Notes under the pieces: model-generated | Seen by the model: the letters and a program-made list of their open reading frames with translations, nothing else | Told to the model about the DNA's origin: nothing | The model's database searches: none | Program-made: the position numbers and the translations under genes | From: Hydrolagus colliei | Taxonomy: Eukaryota | DNA: 64,000 bases | Assembly (NCBI GenBank): GCA_035084275.1 | Contig: CM068748.1 | Span: 11,594,001-11,658,000 of the forward strand | Direction: 5' to 3' | Part shown: positions 25,891-39,359 of the stretch, in pieces | How positions within the stretch are numbered: the first letter of the stretch is position 1 | How the letters are laid out: every line of letters begins with the position of its first letter

Positions 25891-26133
25891 TCTCTTCACT
25901 GGGAATAATTAACATTTGCTGCAGAAGCAACTAATCATTCTTAGATAAGACACAAAGTGAGCAGAACATCCGGTTTATTAGAGACATCACAGTCAGATAG
26001 CAGGAAATTTGCTTTCCTTTTTTCATTCCCCCAGCTTGTTTTTTTTTCTTTGCACATGACAGCTAGGAATTAATAATATACCGCCAGTAAAAGACCCAGA
26101 TCCCAGAGGCCAGAGACTGACTTGTTGACATCT
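25889..26133 (+). repeat. Local duplication, copy 1 (copy 2 at 29481-29715)
   Basis: Shared collinear blocks cattcttagat, tagagacatcacag, cagatagcaggaaatttgcttt, ttcattcccccagcttgtttt, atgacagctaggaattaat, agtaaaagac, agagactg. Confidence 0.9.
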
Positions 26134-26192
26134 AGCCCTGTGCCCACACTATTCCTGACTTGAGTATGTGTGGAGCACTTCATCATAGCAAG

Positions 26193-26211
26193 CTGCTCCA
26201 TCTAGTGGGCC
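26193..26211 (-). promoter_or_regulatory. CTCF-like motif
   Basis: Reverse complement GGCCCACTAGATGGAGCAG is close to the CCACTAG(A/G)(T/G)GGCGC core. Confidence 0.35.
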
Positions 26212-26614
26212 ATCTGAAATGTCATGGAACTTACTCTCAAAAGTCACAGCTGGACTTGACTTAGAAAAAGAATCCATGGTACTCTGTGCCACATCGTGTT
26301 GGCCTGGAGTGCTCCTGAATTGCCATGAGCCCTAAGCATTCTCTTTTTAAAATTTGTTTTCAGATTTGAATTCGTGTAATTATTTCTTCTCTGTGCTATT
26401 CATATCACAAACATTTTGCATTCACATTTTTGTTAAAAAAAACATTGCATATGCAGTGCTATTGATTCTAGTGCCCAAATCAAGAGCAGCACAACTGTTA
26501 ATGTGCATGATGTTTGTAATTTCTCCGATTAATCCTACATCCTATGCCACTGTCTATGGCCTGTACAGTACTGTGCAGGAATACAAAACAATATGTAGAT
26601 CATAACAATTAGCT

Positions 26615-26720
26615 ATAATAATAATCCTGCCATTTGGTATAGATTCTTAAATTGTATAGACAATCCAAAGCACTTCATAGGATTTACTGTGAAGTGGAGT
26701 GACTGTGTATTGTGGGTGAA
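26615..26720 (-). mobile_element. SINE 3' tail fragment (older)
   Basis: ataataataatcc...caaagcacttcatagga...gactgtgtattgtgggtgaaa. Confidence 0.65.
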
Positions 26721-28049
26721 AAAATATAATACAGTATAATATAAAATAAATACACTAATGAATTCTTGGTCATGGTTGACTTCCCACTGTTGTGTTCTGC
26801 TGTCAGAAACATCCATACTTGCCAACAGTTTAATTTGTTGTTCTGCGAGTCAATTTGCCCTGTTCTTTGAAAACATTCGCCAAAGCCCTATTTTGATCTG
26901 GGGGTGCAGGCTTGCAACAGGGAAAATAAACAGGCTGAAAGGATTGCATGACCTTCTGTCTAGGTAAGTGTGGAGAATAATAACCAATTGACATCGGAAC
27001 AGTTTACACTTAATATCACCATCAAAGCAGATGGTCTTTCTTACATCCTTCATGATGGATTAGTCTGACCTGACTTAACCTCTTATTTAACATTACAGCT
27101 CATGACAGTGCCATCTAACGCTTTGTAACATAAAGTATAAAAGGTAAGTTAACTAATTAACTTAATTGAGTCATTCAAACCAGTACACAATGAGTTTCCA
27201 GCCTCATGAATCATTTAAATGTACACCTTAGTTAAGTACATCAACCTCGAACCACTTGTCTCAGGGTGCTTTTATGTTGCAGGATTTTTCAGACTGAGTT
27301 TAAAACTATAAGGCAATCAAACCAAAGTCTTGTCACTCTTCAAACACAGTATGTGGAGAATCATATTCTTGCATTTTTAGAAGTTTCTCATTTGAAATTG
27401 TAATTTTAAATGGCAACTGATTGGTACTAATCCACAACATAAAGGAAAATGCTGGCAAAGTACATGTTTGTCAGAACTCAGAATTCCCTCCTTTGTTAAT
27501 GTCAGAGCTGAACTGTTTGCTGCCATACTGGAGAACTAGATACCGAAAAAATCATAGCTTTAGTGACCTAGGTGGATTGGCCTCTCGGGTCATTCACTAT
27601 ATCATTAACTCACTCATCTTCCAGTTCAAAAATAGTCCTGATCCCTCTCCATTCTAGTGACGTCAAGAGCTATGGAGGAAGTAGTCAGAGAAGAACGGTT
27701 AAGTAAGTTTTCGACTCTTTCCCATTGGGATTGATCCCCGAAGCTGAAATCTGGGTATGAGAATTTGGTTCCTCACAGCCTTTCGCACATTGATATTTCT
27801 GAACATGCCTTTTTTTAAGGAGTCATGTATGCTGAGGGATTGGATCTCATGACATTTCTTCAAAATATGTTCCAATCTATTTTTACACAGTATAAAGGGG
27901 ACCAGTTAACATTCACAAAGCTAGCAACACTTGGAGAGCAGTGGTGCGAGTTACTTGATCTAAAGCTGTTTGGCTTTGAAGATCTGCTGGAGACTTTCAC
28001 CCGCCACAGGAAGAGAGGAACAAAATATACATTGCCTTATGCTTTAGTT

Positions 28050-28157
28050 TTTTCCACAAAATATACAGTCAATTCACTTAACAATATATTCTGTGAAGTG
28101 CTTTGAGACGTCTCGAATATGTGATAAGACACTAAATCAAATCTAGGATTATTATTA
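28050..28157 (+). mobile_element. SINE 3' tail fragment
   Basis: ccacaaaatatacagtcaattcact...gtgaagtgctttgagacgtc...ggattattatt. Confidence 0.8.
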
Positions 28158-28371
28158 GTAGCATATGCTGATGTCCAACAGGATGTTTGTTTCTACTATT
28201 TCAGGGAAAGGCAACAAAGGTTAAGATAAAAGTTCTTAGGTAAAAGTGCGAAACACTCAACATTATACTGTACAATACTTACCTTTCTTTTTTGGTTATG
28301 TTCCCCTTTATTGCTATCTCAGAATCTTCCCTATCCAATTCACAAATCTTAAGTATAGTATAATAGTATTG

Positions 28372-28713
28372 ATAATAATCCTTGCATTTAACATAGTACT
28401 TTTTGCGACTTCTAGCTGTCTCATTTGAGATAGCTAGAAGTCTAATTACAGAATATACTGCAAGTCTAATTACAGAATATACTGTAAGGTGAATTGACTA
28501 TATTTATGGGCGAAACGCGGCAGCCAATTGCACATAGCAGTGTCCCACAAACAGTCGTGGATTGAACTGACCAATTTATTATGGCTTTTTTTGAGTAATT
28601 ATTATAGGATATGTGGAGTAAGGAAACTTGCCCAAGGTTTCATCCTGCCTGGAATTAAACCCAAGTCTTTCAATTGTAAGGCGAGTGCTCCAACCACCGA
28701 GCTACAGGACTCC
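28372..28713 (-). mobile_element. tRNA-derived SINE, short-CORE subfamily, with internal 24 bp tandem duplication
   Basis: Full head, body and tail; aagtctaattacagaatatactg occurs twice at 28438-28484. Confidence 0.9.
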
Positions 28714-29480
28714 TCATTATATAACTATGTTTTATTTGTTTCGATGAACCAGTCCTTCCTCCAATGTCATTAGTGGGCAGCATAGCATTACTAATGACTG
28801 CAAAACAAATAAATTAAATAAAGAGGCAAACAGGATGTATTGAAGAGTGGCATGCTGTTCTTACGCAAGTATCGTTCATCCCATAAAGACAACCAGCAAT
28901 TCCCCACGCTCCTGATGTAGTGCCAGTCAGCAGCTGAAGGATTACTTCTTTCTCAGGGGAAACTTCTTATTGATGATTAAAATTATTCATGACAGGCCAG
29001 ACAGATGAAAGCATAGTCCACACAGCGCAACCAAAGCTTTTAATGGACTCTGCCAGAAGTGGCTTTCTATGCAAGAACGGCATTTTCTCACTGAAAAAAT
29101 ATATATTTTTACACTTTATATGTTAATTTATTACCACACATCCTCCTTCGTAAGCATTCCAGATTTAGAGTTGGTCTGGTTGATTTGTTAATGCTAGTTT
29201 GCAACCTGTGATCTAAATGATCTAAACCACAGGTTTGTTCAGGTCAAAAGACTTTCTTCTGCATGATGGTCCCTTTGGTGGTAAAGTGTCAGATTCACCT
29301 CTCCAAAGTCACATAAGGGAAACAAAATGACAGGAAGCCCTTTGATTGAATGACGGGCAGATTAGAGTTTTACCGCGCATGTTAAGTCCTTACTGTTTTA
29401 TCTAAAGGTAGCATTGAAATGAAGAATTGACAATAACATTACTATTGTAAAGAGTCAAGGAAATAGGGAAGACTGGCTGA

Positions 29481-29715
29481 GATTTACACACTGGGACTAA
29501 TTAGCAATTACTGCAGAAGTAACTAACCATTCTTAGATGAGACATAAAATGAGCATAACGTCTGGTTTACTAGAGACATCACAGATAGCAGGAAATTTGC
29601 TTTTTTTTCATTCCCCCAGCTTGTTTTCCTTGGCAAATGACAGCTAGGAATTAATGACATACTGCTAGTAAAAGACTCAGATCTCAGAGGCAAGAGACTG
29701 GCTTGAAGACATCTA
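29481..29715 (+). repeat. Local duplication, copy 2
   Basis: Aligns with 25889-26133. Confidence 0.9.
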
Positions 29716-29876
29716 TTGCATTCAGTGAATATTTTGTGAACACACGACACACTCGTACTTCCAAAGCCTGGAATCCACCTTGATTCTCCTGCAGAGAGGC
29801 AGGCAGCTCAATGCGAAAGGATATTTGCCCGAGCTGCAGACAAGAAGACAGTGGCAATGTTCTCACAAATTTCATC

Positions 29877-30290
29877 GCACTCAGCTCCTGTTAATGCTGC
29901 AAGCCAAAGTCCTAATGGGTAGGTGGTACGAGCTGAACAAGCAATGGGAAAGCTTGCCATACAGAAATATCAATGGCAATGGCAAGCTATGCGGTTTTAG
30001 CTAGTTTGATTCCGGCAATGCCCCCAACGTCTCCCAGCCTTGGCTCTTGCCAACCTGCACCTAATATGTTCCATAATTAGGTAAGCAGGCTGCGTCCCTC
30101 CAGGGAGAGAGTGTGCGTTCCACTCCAACAACCTATTTCTGGAATTTCCCTGTGTTGGTGGAATGCATGCAAATCTCAGCTTGGTTTGGATATTCTTAAG
30201 CATGGTACAGTAATGGGTTTCCGCAGGTGTCAGGCACCCGGCTAACCAAAAATAAATTGATTAATTGCTAGTAATGCTAATGTTTTATTG
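29877..30290 (+). repeat. Unclassified ancient about 420 bp repeat, copy 1 (copy 2 at 60854-61298)
   Basis: Shared collinear blocks aagccaaag, gggaaagcttgcca, gcaatggcaagctatgcggtttt, cagggag.gagtg, tccaacaaccta, ttggtttggatattcttaagca. Confidence 0.85.
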
Positions 30291-31440
30291 CTAGAGCTGA
30301 ATGACTTTACATGAATTGATCAACCCTTTTGTTTTCCAACGTAACCTTGAAGTTCATCTAAATCAGTGCTGATGATCGGATTCTGAGGACACGTAATAGA
30401 ATTGTGGTCTGTAATACAGGAATAATATCTTTGAGAAATCAAACACATTGCCAACTCCCTGGAGATGGTGTATTGCTATACAAAAATACTCATATTTCAC
30501 AAGATGCAATTACATGGAATTTACAATGAAACCCATTTCCTTACAGCCACCATGAGTAGATACAAAGATGGGGTTCATAATTTCATAAAAGGCAATACAT
30601 GATAAGAGGGAAAAAAAGACCAGCTGTTTGGGGAGACTTTAACCTCTTCTTTCTATGCCATTTAGCTTTGATTGACTTTCCTCAGACCTAAACCCCTGAT
30701 CATTTATCCATTTAAGAAGCATAGCACAGACCACAGGCGATACTTTGATTTAGCTCCAAACATTTCTGCAAGCTTGTGAGTTTCTAATCCTACCAAAGAT
30801 TCAGAATGATCTCCTCCTTCCTATTCTTTATGCCCTCCTCCTCTACCCACCTGCTTCCCCCAGGCTGCTTGTGAATGTTAATTTTTCCATCCGCCACTAG
30901 GAGGGAGGAGATGACTTAATCTACTTTTCCTCTCTGTGTGGAAGCGTCTGCTTTCACTCAATGGCTCTCTGTGACAGAAATGGGAATTCACCACGCGGTC
31001 AAGTGCAGCAATTCTTGTGTTGTTTTAACATTACACAGTGCAGCACGTTGGAGCTGCCAAGTTATCACCAGACAGCCACAAAATCCAAGTGGGAGAGGGT
31101 ACAATTCCAGCACAATTATGTCCTGGAATACTGGCTTACAACCTCACACCCCACATAACAGCAGTCAAGGCATTTCCCATGCAGACCATTACCAAAAGCA
31201 GGCATTTGCAACCATTAGGACAAATCTGATTTACATCTGGTGGCAGTAGTAAAAACACCTCTCCTTTTTCGGAATGCCTGTACTTGGGAATAATATAAAT
31301 GAATATAAGGAGGTGTGAATGAGGGAAAAGAAACATACAGCCCATCCACTCCTCGATTACTTGGGGGCCACGTGCAGTATCTGCACAAATCATTTTCAGC
31401 GCCCTCTACTCCCTGTTTAATCATCTGTTAATATAGTACA

Positions 31441-31776
31441 TGGAGTTTTGCGATATATTGGATGAAGAGCATGCCGTGAACCTTCGATTCCTAAACACCT
31501 TAGGTATGTTTCCTTATTCCACATGCCTCTGTTTACCTAGCAGTAAGTATGTACCTAGTTGTTAATCAATTGGTGATCGCTTTTGATAATCCTTTAAAAA
31601 AAATGTGGTCACTCAACCCACGACTCTTCGTGGGACACTGCTGCATGCAATTGACTGCTGGGTTTCGCCCACAGGATAAGCCGTCAATTCACTTTATAGT
31701 ATATTCTGTGAAGCGCTTTGCAATGTCTCAACGAGATGATAAGGCTATATCAAATGCAAGGACCACTATTATTATT
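31441..31776 (+). mobile_element. tRNA-derived SINE, long-CORE subfamily, degraded head
   Basis: acatgcctctgtttacctagcagtaagtatgtacctagttgttaatcaattgg followed by the standard body and tail. Confidence 0.82.
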
Positions 31777-32444
31777 AGAATTACACATTCTAAAATCGGG
31801 TGGGAGGGCAGGCCCCTGTACTTGGCCTTTATCTTTGGACGCCCCAAAAAAGAGTAAAATAAACTACGTACATAAGTCATTTATATTACATCAAGTCCTT
31901 CATAGATCTTAAAGGTACAGTATCCCAGGGACAATAATCAGATCACGCCTTGCACTCCACCTGTGTTCAAACTACAAATTTACAAATAATTTTTCTAAGC
32001 AGGAATATTCTTAACAAAATGTTATGTCAATAGTGAGTTGTGGACTAACCTGACTATTAGTTGGTATGCAGTTGGTAGCCCAGCGCACTTTCAGCGTCAA
32101 TTACATTTGAATGCAAATAGTTTACCAACTCTTCCAAGTCAATAGACCCCTAATAACACCGCCTATTGTTTAAACACAAACACAAATCACACCAAGTGCT
32201 GAAAAAGTGGCAACTAATTAGATACAGCCATGATCAAGAGCTGAGCTCTCAGCCCTCAATAAGAAGATCCTTACCTTTGAATCCCAGAGATCTTGAGCAA
32301 ATGTGAAATTATTTGTACAGACAAAACCCCTTTAATTCGGTGAAGAGTGACATCATGTTCAGCTGGACATGAACGATACCTTGGCACTGTTCAAAAAATT
32401 GAAAGGACTTTCTCCCTATTTGCTGGCCAACAATTCACCATCAC

Positions 32445-32617
32445 CAGTCATTCATTTCATGGCTGTTTGTGGGATCTTTCTATATGCATATTGGCTACTC
32501 TGTTTGTCTTCAAAATATACACTGCAGTAAATTTTGTGAAGCACTTTGAGATGTCCTTCCAAAAATGAATGGCATCATATCAAATGCAAAACTGATCATC
32601 ATCATTATGATTATTAT
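32445..32617 (+). mobile_element. Old SINE 3' fragment
   Basis: ggctgtttgtgggatc...attggct...gtgaagcactttgagatgtc...tatcaaatgcaa. Confidence 0.65.
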
Positions 32618-35600
32618 TTACCCTTTGTGGTTAAATAGGCACTGATACGCATTGGCAAAGGTCACACATGAGAATGAATACCACCAATCAGAGGGAAAAC
32701 ATAGTAAAAACAATTGCTAGATTTCTAAGAAAAAAAGATTTCATAGGATTTACTTATCAGTAATGAAGATTAAAGTAAACAGAGAGTTAGAAAAAGAGGT
32801 TTCTGTGCTTTAATCATGCAGATATTTATATTTAGTTATTGCCATGATAAATAATGACATACGAGTTGTTTTATTACTGCAAATATTAGCGTTTGTTTCA
32901 ATGTCACAATGTGTGGACTGAAAGCCTAGAAAAATGGCTAGTATTCCCTGGAGCTGCTGCCAGTCTCAGGATTAATGCCTTTAATGTAAAACAGTCACAG
33001 CAGGAAGAATTGTGAGGGTACGTTGAAAGCACAAGCAATTTTCCAGGGGTGATAAGTGACTGATGTGCATGACAGGACCGAACGGCTGCATCAGAATGAG
33101 GCTGTCACACAGTAGTGTCAAAAGATAACCGAATGGTCCAGGATGGACATTTCTTAAACAGTCAGTGTTTAAAGTGATTCTTCCCTTCCTTGTGAGAGGG
33201 TGACAATCTTTTCTCTACCCCCACAACAGACTGTCCCAATCAGACATTACCTTGCTGCTGCCAATGCTGCCCTACAGACAGTCACCATGAGATGTGTACG
33301 AGAAGCTTGAAAGTAAGTGTCCTCCGATTTTCTTCTCTCTTGACAAAAGGTGCCTGGCTTTCATCAGTCCACCACAACTGAGGCCAATATTTGCACAAAC
33401 TCTTCTCTTATCAGACTTACTCCACTGCACACAGAATTGATGTGAATGCAGGATGTTGCTGTTAATTGTACATATAATCAATTTTACCTGTTGAGCATCT
33501 GCTTTTTGGGGATTATTACAGTCATTCACTCCCACAGACTAGTTAGAATCACTTCCAGTTAGAATAATTGGACAGTTCAGGACAAAAGGAATGCGAAACG
33601 TTAACCAACTTAGTTAAACCAACAGTTTATGATAAATGAGTTGTAGATCAACACAATTTTAATGGACAGCTACCAGGTTTCCATTCGAAAAGGTAAGAAA
33701 GGGAGCAGTTAATACAAGATACAATTATATAGAGCTTTGAGATTAATGTAACGAAATGGGCTGGGAGACGTCTGTCAGACAGAAAATTACTTTTAATTTA
33801 AAACACCTAATAAGAACTGCCTACCACTGTAAAACTAAGCATTTTTGCATTTTGTTTTTAAAAAAACTCTTGTAAGAGCAAGAAATAATGTTGTTATGTT
33901 CAGTTTCTTTAGACAGGTTGTGAGACTCTTTGTGATTTATGAGAGAGCAGTCAAATCACCGGACATTTGAAAGGAAACGCTGTAGCAATAAAAAAATCAA
34001 TTAAAGAAAATGAATACTGAAGAGGACCAACTCTTCTTCCAGCATCCACCCTCCTCCAGCAAACTATCAATACATCTGAAAAGTCAAACCTCATCAATTG
34101 GTTCAGTTAACAAAGTACCAATTTAGAGCCATATAGACAAAAAGAGGGTCCCCTTTTGTAAACTGTAATCTCTCACAAGAGTGTGTAATTGCAAGACCAA
34201 TTTAAACAGATGTGCTAATTGTCCCAGTGACCCACTCTAGAGCAGTACAGTATGTCACACAGGGTACATTGTCTCTACATTCATGGCCCCTCCATCCACA
34301 CCCCACCCACCCACACAGCCACACAGAGTAATGGGTCACTGTGTTGGTGAAACAAAATTAAAAAGGCTCTCCTACCATCTGTCACATATTGTCCTATAAC
34401 AGACACATGTCCTGACATAAAACTATGAAATCATATTCTTTTTTAACTTTTTCAAAATCATGAATTTGAACATAACAAAAATGTGGCTATATTGCGAATG
34501 AGCTACCCAACCTCACAATGCTCTGGCAATGTTGCCACTTGTGCAATCAGTCCACTTGTTAAATTATATTGTTTCCATTTGTTGCACACAGTGACCTCCA
34601 TATTCATCTAAATTATCTTTACACTTCTCCATTTTGTTGTAAGTGGTGCCTTGCAAGTCAGGTGGTGAGAAAGTGAAACAAAATAATTCAACCTGCAGTG
34701 TCACTGCATGGCTTTAATGCATCGCTTCTCAAGTTACTTTTTCTCCTCTGGTTACAAGACATGTCATAACACTATAAATAATCACACTAAACCAAGGCTA
34801 TGTGAGCAATGAGAAATGATATGCTACTCTTCAAGTGAGACCAACCAGATAACTCACTAGGGACCAAATCACAAGGAAATCATGGCCAACCTTGCAAGTG
34901 ATGATATTCATTACACTTCATAACTAGCCGTAGCCATTTCTATGCATACCCCATATTTCATACAACCTTTTATACATTTAGGTTCCAATGACAAGAGCAC
35001 AGGCTTGTGAAAAGTATAATGACAGTTTCCCAGATAACACTTATGGTATTAAAACAGAATAAGTGATGATTGAGTTATAGTGCTGGGTGACATTGGAGGG
35101 ATACAACCTATCTCAACAAATGTCAGCGTGTTTGTCCATTGGGCAACAACAGTGTCACATATTTTAATTTGTACAGATCATGGCCATTTCCACTTTGTAA
35201 AGGATTTTTATCATTTCCTCCCTGTTTTCACTCTGAGTTTCCCCCCACCCCACCCCAAGTCTTTGGAGTATTTTCTACTCCAGATGGCATCCAGGCAGCC
35301 AACCACAAACCTGCTCTTGACTCAGTTCAAAGAACAGTCAGTTGGAGGTGCAAACAAGTGGTCTTGTGATATAGTCTCCCTTCCGCTCTCTGTGATTACA
35401 GTTCATCTGACAAGAGCACCATAACTGAGAGCAGAACTTGAAGGGAGAGGAAACCACGGGAAATGATTCATACCATGTTATATTGGACATGCAACAGATT
35501 ATGTCAGTTCTGTTCATGCCAAACATTACATCTATGATTTTTCCAGTACAACCAGCAATTTGGTTTCATGCACAAGTAGAGTTGAATTTCATTGTAATAT

Positions 35601-37096
35601 ATTAAAGCATTTCAAAGGATTCCAAGACAAAGGGACCATTCATTTTGGGAGAACATCTGTTCCCTGAACCAATTCACATTCCTCATCCTGAATGCACTCC
35701 AGGAGCAAAGTGGACTGTGGATGCTGCTTAAGATGCATGTTCCTCAGACAGCACTGCCATTACTGGAATAATGTGAGCCTGAAATCATTTTTGCTTGATC
35801 TGCACATGGATTTCACTGTTCCACACAGATAGACAGATGGTGTATTATTTATCTATCTGAATAATATCCTTCTCCATTGGGACCCAATCTCATATGATTT
35901 GCTTTTTTTCAAAATATACTATTTTATTTTTACTCCACTTCACAGACAAATTTGTGAGCCTTTTTACTTCACAATCATGTTATATCCAAATGTTGTATGA
36001 AAAGACAATGAATGCATCTTTCCAAACCTGCAGAGGTCAAAGTCAAGCTAACTACAACTAATACTTTTATACCGCTCTTTGCTTGAAAAAGATTATAGAG
36101 CTTGTCGGTGGTGGAGCTGAAGCACAAATGAGGGTTTCAGCAGCATTGGCATGAGTCAGGGATGAAGCTGGAGATGTGATGAAGATGCAAAAAAAAAGTA
36201 GTCTTAGTTCAGGTATCAGATGAGACAATGTGATAGGAGTAAAGGAGAGGAAATGGAAATATCCATATTACCATCGAGTCACATGAGAATCCTCACATTG
36301 GCCGGAAGCATTTGCTCTATATATTGGCTTTGTAAATATCTGAATTTTACAATGTCTAAAACTGAAACCCACAGAAACCTTTATCATAATCCCTCGGTGA
36401 TACTAAGTAAAATAATTATCCTCTAAAATATACTATCGTTTCAATCTCTTCTGTATTTTAACATCCTGAAGTTCCTCCATCAATTCCCTGTGAATGCACA
36501 GCCATTCCTCATGGTCTTGTATGGCACCTCTGGGAATTAGCGCCTGTTAATTGAAACAGATCCTCATAAAAATCACCAGCTGGTTTAGCCAAATCCCAAT
36601 AAATAACGCAAGAATAAAACACAGACAAGCCAATTAAGAATCAGCGTAGCTTGATGGAACGCAGTACCTCTCAGAGAGCAGCGGACCAATCTTGTGCTTG
36701 AATCCGGGATAAGAATGACAAGGTTGGTTTCAAGATATGAGTGCTGATGATAACTGATGCTACGGGTTTCAAATATTCTCCTTAAGATGTCCTGTGGAAC
36801 GCAGGTGCACCTTATCCTGTGGAACAATGATACCATTTGAGAAATAATTAGTGGTTAGGTTTTTTTATGTTGTTAAGGGGCTGAGCGTGTGACTGCTTAT
36901 TTAATGATATTACAAACTTTACTGACATTTGTCCATTAGACCACACAAGAGTCATCTTTGGACTGTGAATGAGCAGAACCCAAAGCGATTTACCACCCAT
37001 TCACCAGGCAGCAAAATTGATATAATTTCAGCATTTGTTGTGCATTTTGTATAGATCTGTATCTTTATGCATGATTTATATGTGAATTCTTATATT

Positions 37097-37270
37097 CATA
37101 GAATCATAGAATCATAGAATTTTACGGCACAAAAGGAGGCCATTCGGCCCATCTAGTCTGTGCCGGCTCTTTGAAAAGAGCGATTCAATCCCACTGCCCT
37201 GCCCGCTCCCCATAGCCTAATAGACCCGTTCTCCCTAAATAAAGATCTAATTCCCTTTTAAAAGTTGTAT
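37097..37270 (-). mobile_element. CR1 3' end with (ATTCTATG)n tail
   Basis: catagaatcatagaatcatagaat...ggaggccattcggcccatc...ggctctttgaaaagagc; another CR1 tail follows at about 37297-37345. Confidence 0.9.
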
Positions 37271-38276
37271 TCCCACAGTTGGATGTCCAGTTATTTAAGA
37301 ACATAGGAATGGGAGTAGGCCATTCAACTCATCAAACCAGCCTCTGCTAAAAAATTACCCTTCACAACCCTGAACCAGTGTCCCTTTGCCCTCTTATCAT
37401 GCTGTCTTAGTCATTCCAAAGGTTTGGTCTTTGATTAACGAGAGTTTTATGAGAATATGTGCTACTTATGAATATTTTTGAGCACATGAATTTCTGTAAA
37501 AAGTAGAGTAACTTCAAGGAAGTTTATTGAACACATCAGCTTGTGTTAGCAGCATAGAGAATTACCTGTTACAAGGAGTGATTTCAGGATTCAGTAAACT
37601 GTTGTTTATATTTGTGCTTTGGGATGATTCAGTACTTCAATAACATGGTTCCTCATAACAGTCAGTCAAGGGTTTTGCGAGCTGACCTATAAATCTTGAT
37701 TTAAGCAGCAAAAGCAGCAGCAATGGAACATAAGTCACACTCCAGGTTGCCTCTATGTTACCTGGTGCCAGGAAACTTCCTGCTCAGCAGAGAACAGGTG
37801 CATTTTTAAGACAAAGAGGAAATGAATTTACTTGAGAGGGTATAGGGGAGTGGGAATGACAGACAGGGCTAGAGAATTAATTGAGGATATCAACACCTAC
37901 TGAAAACAGCCAACCTTGGCAACTCACCTGCCGTTCTCATCAGATCTGCTGAAAGACTGGAGAATGAAATATTTTGCTCATCCGTCTTACCTGAACACAA
38001 ACACTATATCTACAGACCAGCACTAGCACTTTCGGATGTCCTGCCAACATGAAAGACACTATATCAATTTATGAATTGTATTGTATTGTTAATGGACTGA
38101 TTCAGCTCAAGAATCTTTAAAAAAAAGCCTGTGTGTGCTCATTTTCAGTTCACACACAGTGATGCTGAACCCAACACATATAATAGTAATATAGCTACTC
38201 ACCTATCAAACCTAAATGATTCAAATAAAAATTAAAGTAAGGTTAAACAACTTTTAAAATACTACTTAATTTCACC

Positions 38277-38438
38277 TTATGTTTTTTTTAAATCATATCA
38301 AATTAGATGTATTATTTCCCCCATTGTTAACTGTACCTTATTTTTTTATCCTCTTTTCTGGTAATGGGTTTCCACACATGTCAGACACCCATCAGTAGAA
38401 AAAGGGATTGCAACCATCTCAACCTAGTTCCCAGTGGG
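38277..38438 (+). repeat. Unclassified about 160 bp repeat, copy 2
   Basis: Aligns with 1048-1209. Confidence 0.9.
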
Positions 38439-39323
38439 CTAAATAAAGCTTTCTTCCTCCAAGAAGCTACTCTGCAATCCAGCAATGAACGGACTTTGAT
38501 GGCTGGAGAGTTGAGCATGATCTAAGACAAGTGAATGAAGCATTTGCTAAGTAGCTACACTTGTGAAATGCATCCAATACTGCATCACCATCACAGCCAA
38601 TATCCTGGATATGTCAATTCTAAGATCAATCAGCAGTAGTGAAAGGTCAATCCCTAACAGAAGTCAGTTTTAGTGACAAACTGAACTTAGTTTCCACAGG
38701 AACTAAGTGCACGTTTAAAATCATGTTGAAGCATTCTGCTTATCTCTTTTATGAAGCAAAAAAAACACTAGCATACATGAACATTACATATATATATATG
38801 CTGGGAGATGACGAGAGGTTAAAACCAGAAGGATTTTCATTAGTGGTTTGGCTTAATAAATTTGCTGATGCCTCAGGGGAATTATTAATGCTGCACAGAA
38901 TGGAAACGTATCATATTTCACTCCCCCCTTACAATATTCTCTGCACCACTTGCATGGCATGAAAATTCAGAATGTTGTTTGTATAATTAAATATGGGTTA
39001 CATGAGCTGGAGTTTGTACATTGACAAATCTCTTAAGCGAGAGCCAAGTTAAAAATTAGTGACATTCGCAGCACCCAAATAATATATTTTGTTTATGCTT
39101 CACTGAATGAATTAAAAACTGTAGCTCCAAATAAAATTGAAAGGAGCTGTCAGCATTTGTAAACCAAATCTAGCTTTAATCTTTATATTTTTGTTTGGAA
39201 TCTGCCTGAACCTGCTCGTGGTGCCTTGCACTCTTGCAGAATTTTCAATTTGGCTTATAAATATGATGTAATGCAAACCTTGCAGTGGCAAGGCTCTCCT
39301 ACATCAAACAGCATCATAATTTG

Positions 39324-39328
<5 letters not shown>

Positions 39329-39357
<29 letters not shown>
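39329..39357. repeat. (CA)n microsatellite
   Basis: Uninterrupted AC run. Confidence 0.95.
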
Positions 39358-39359
<2 letters not shown>

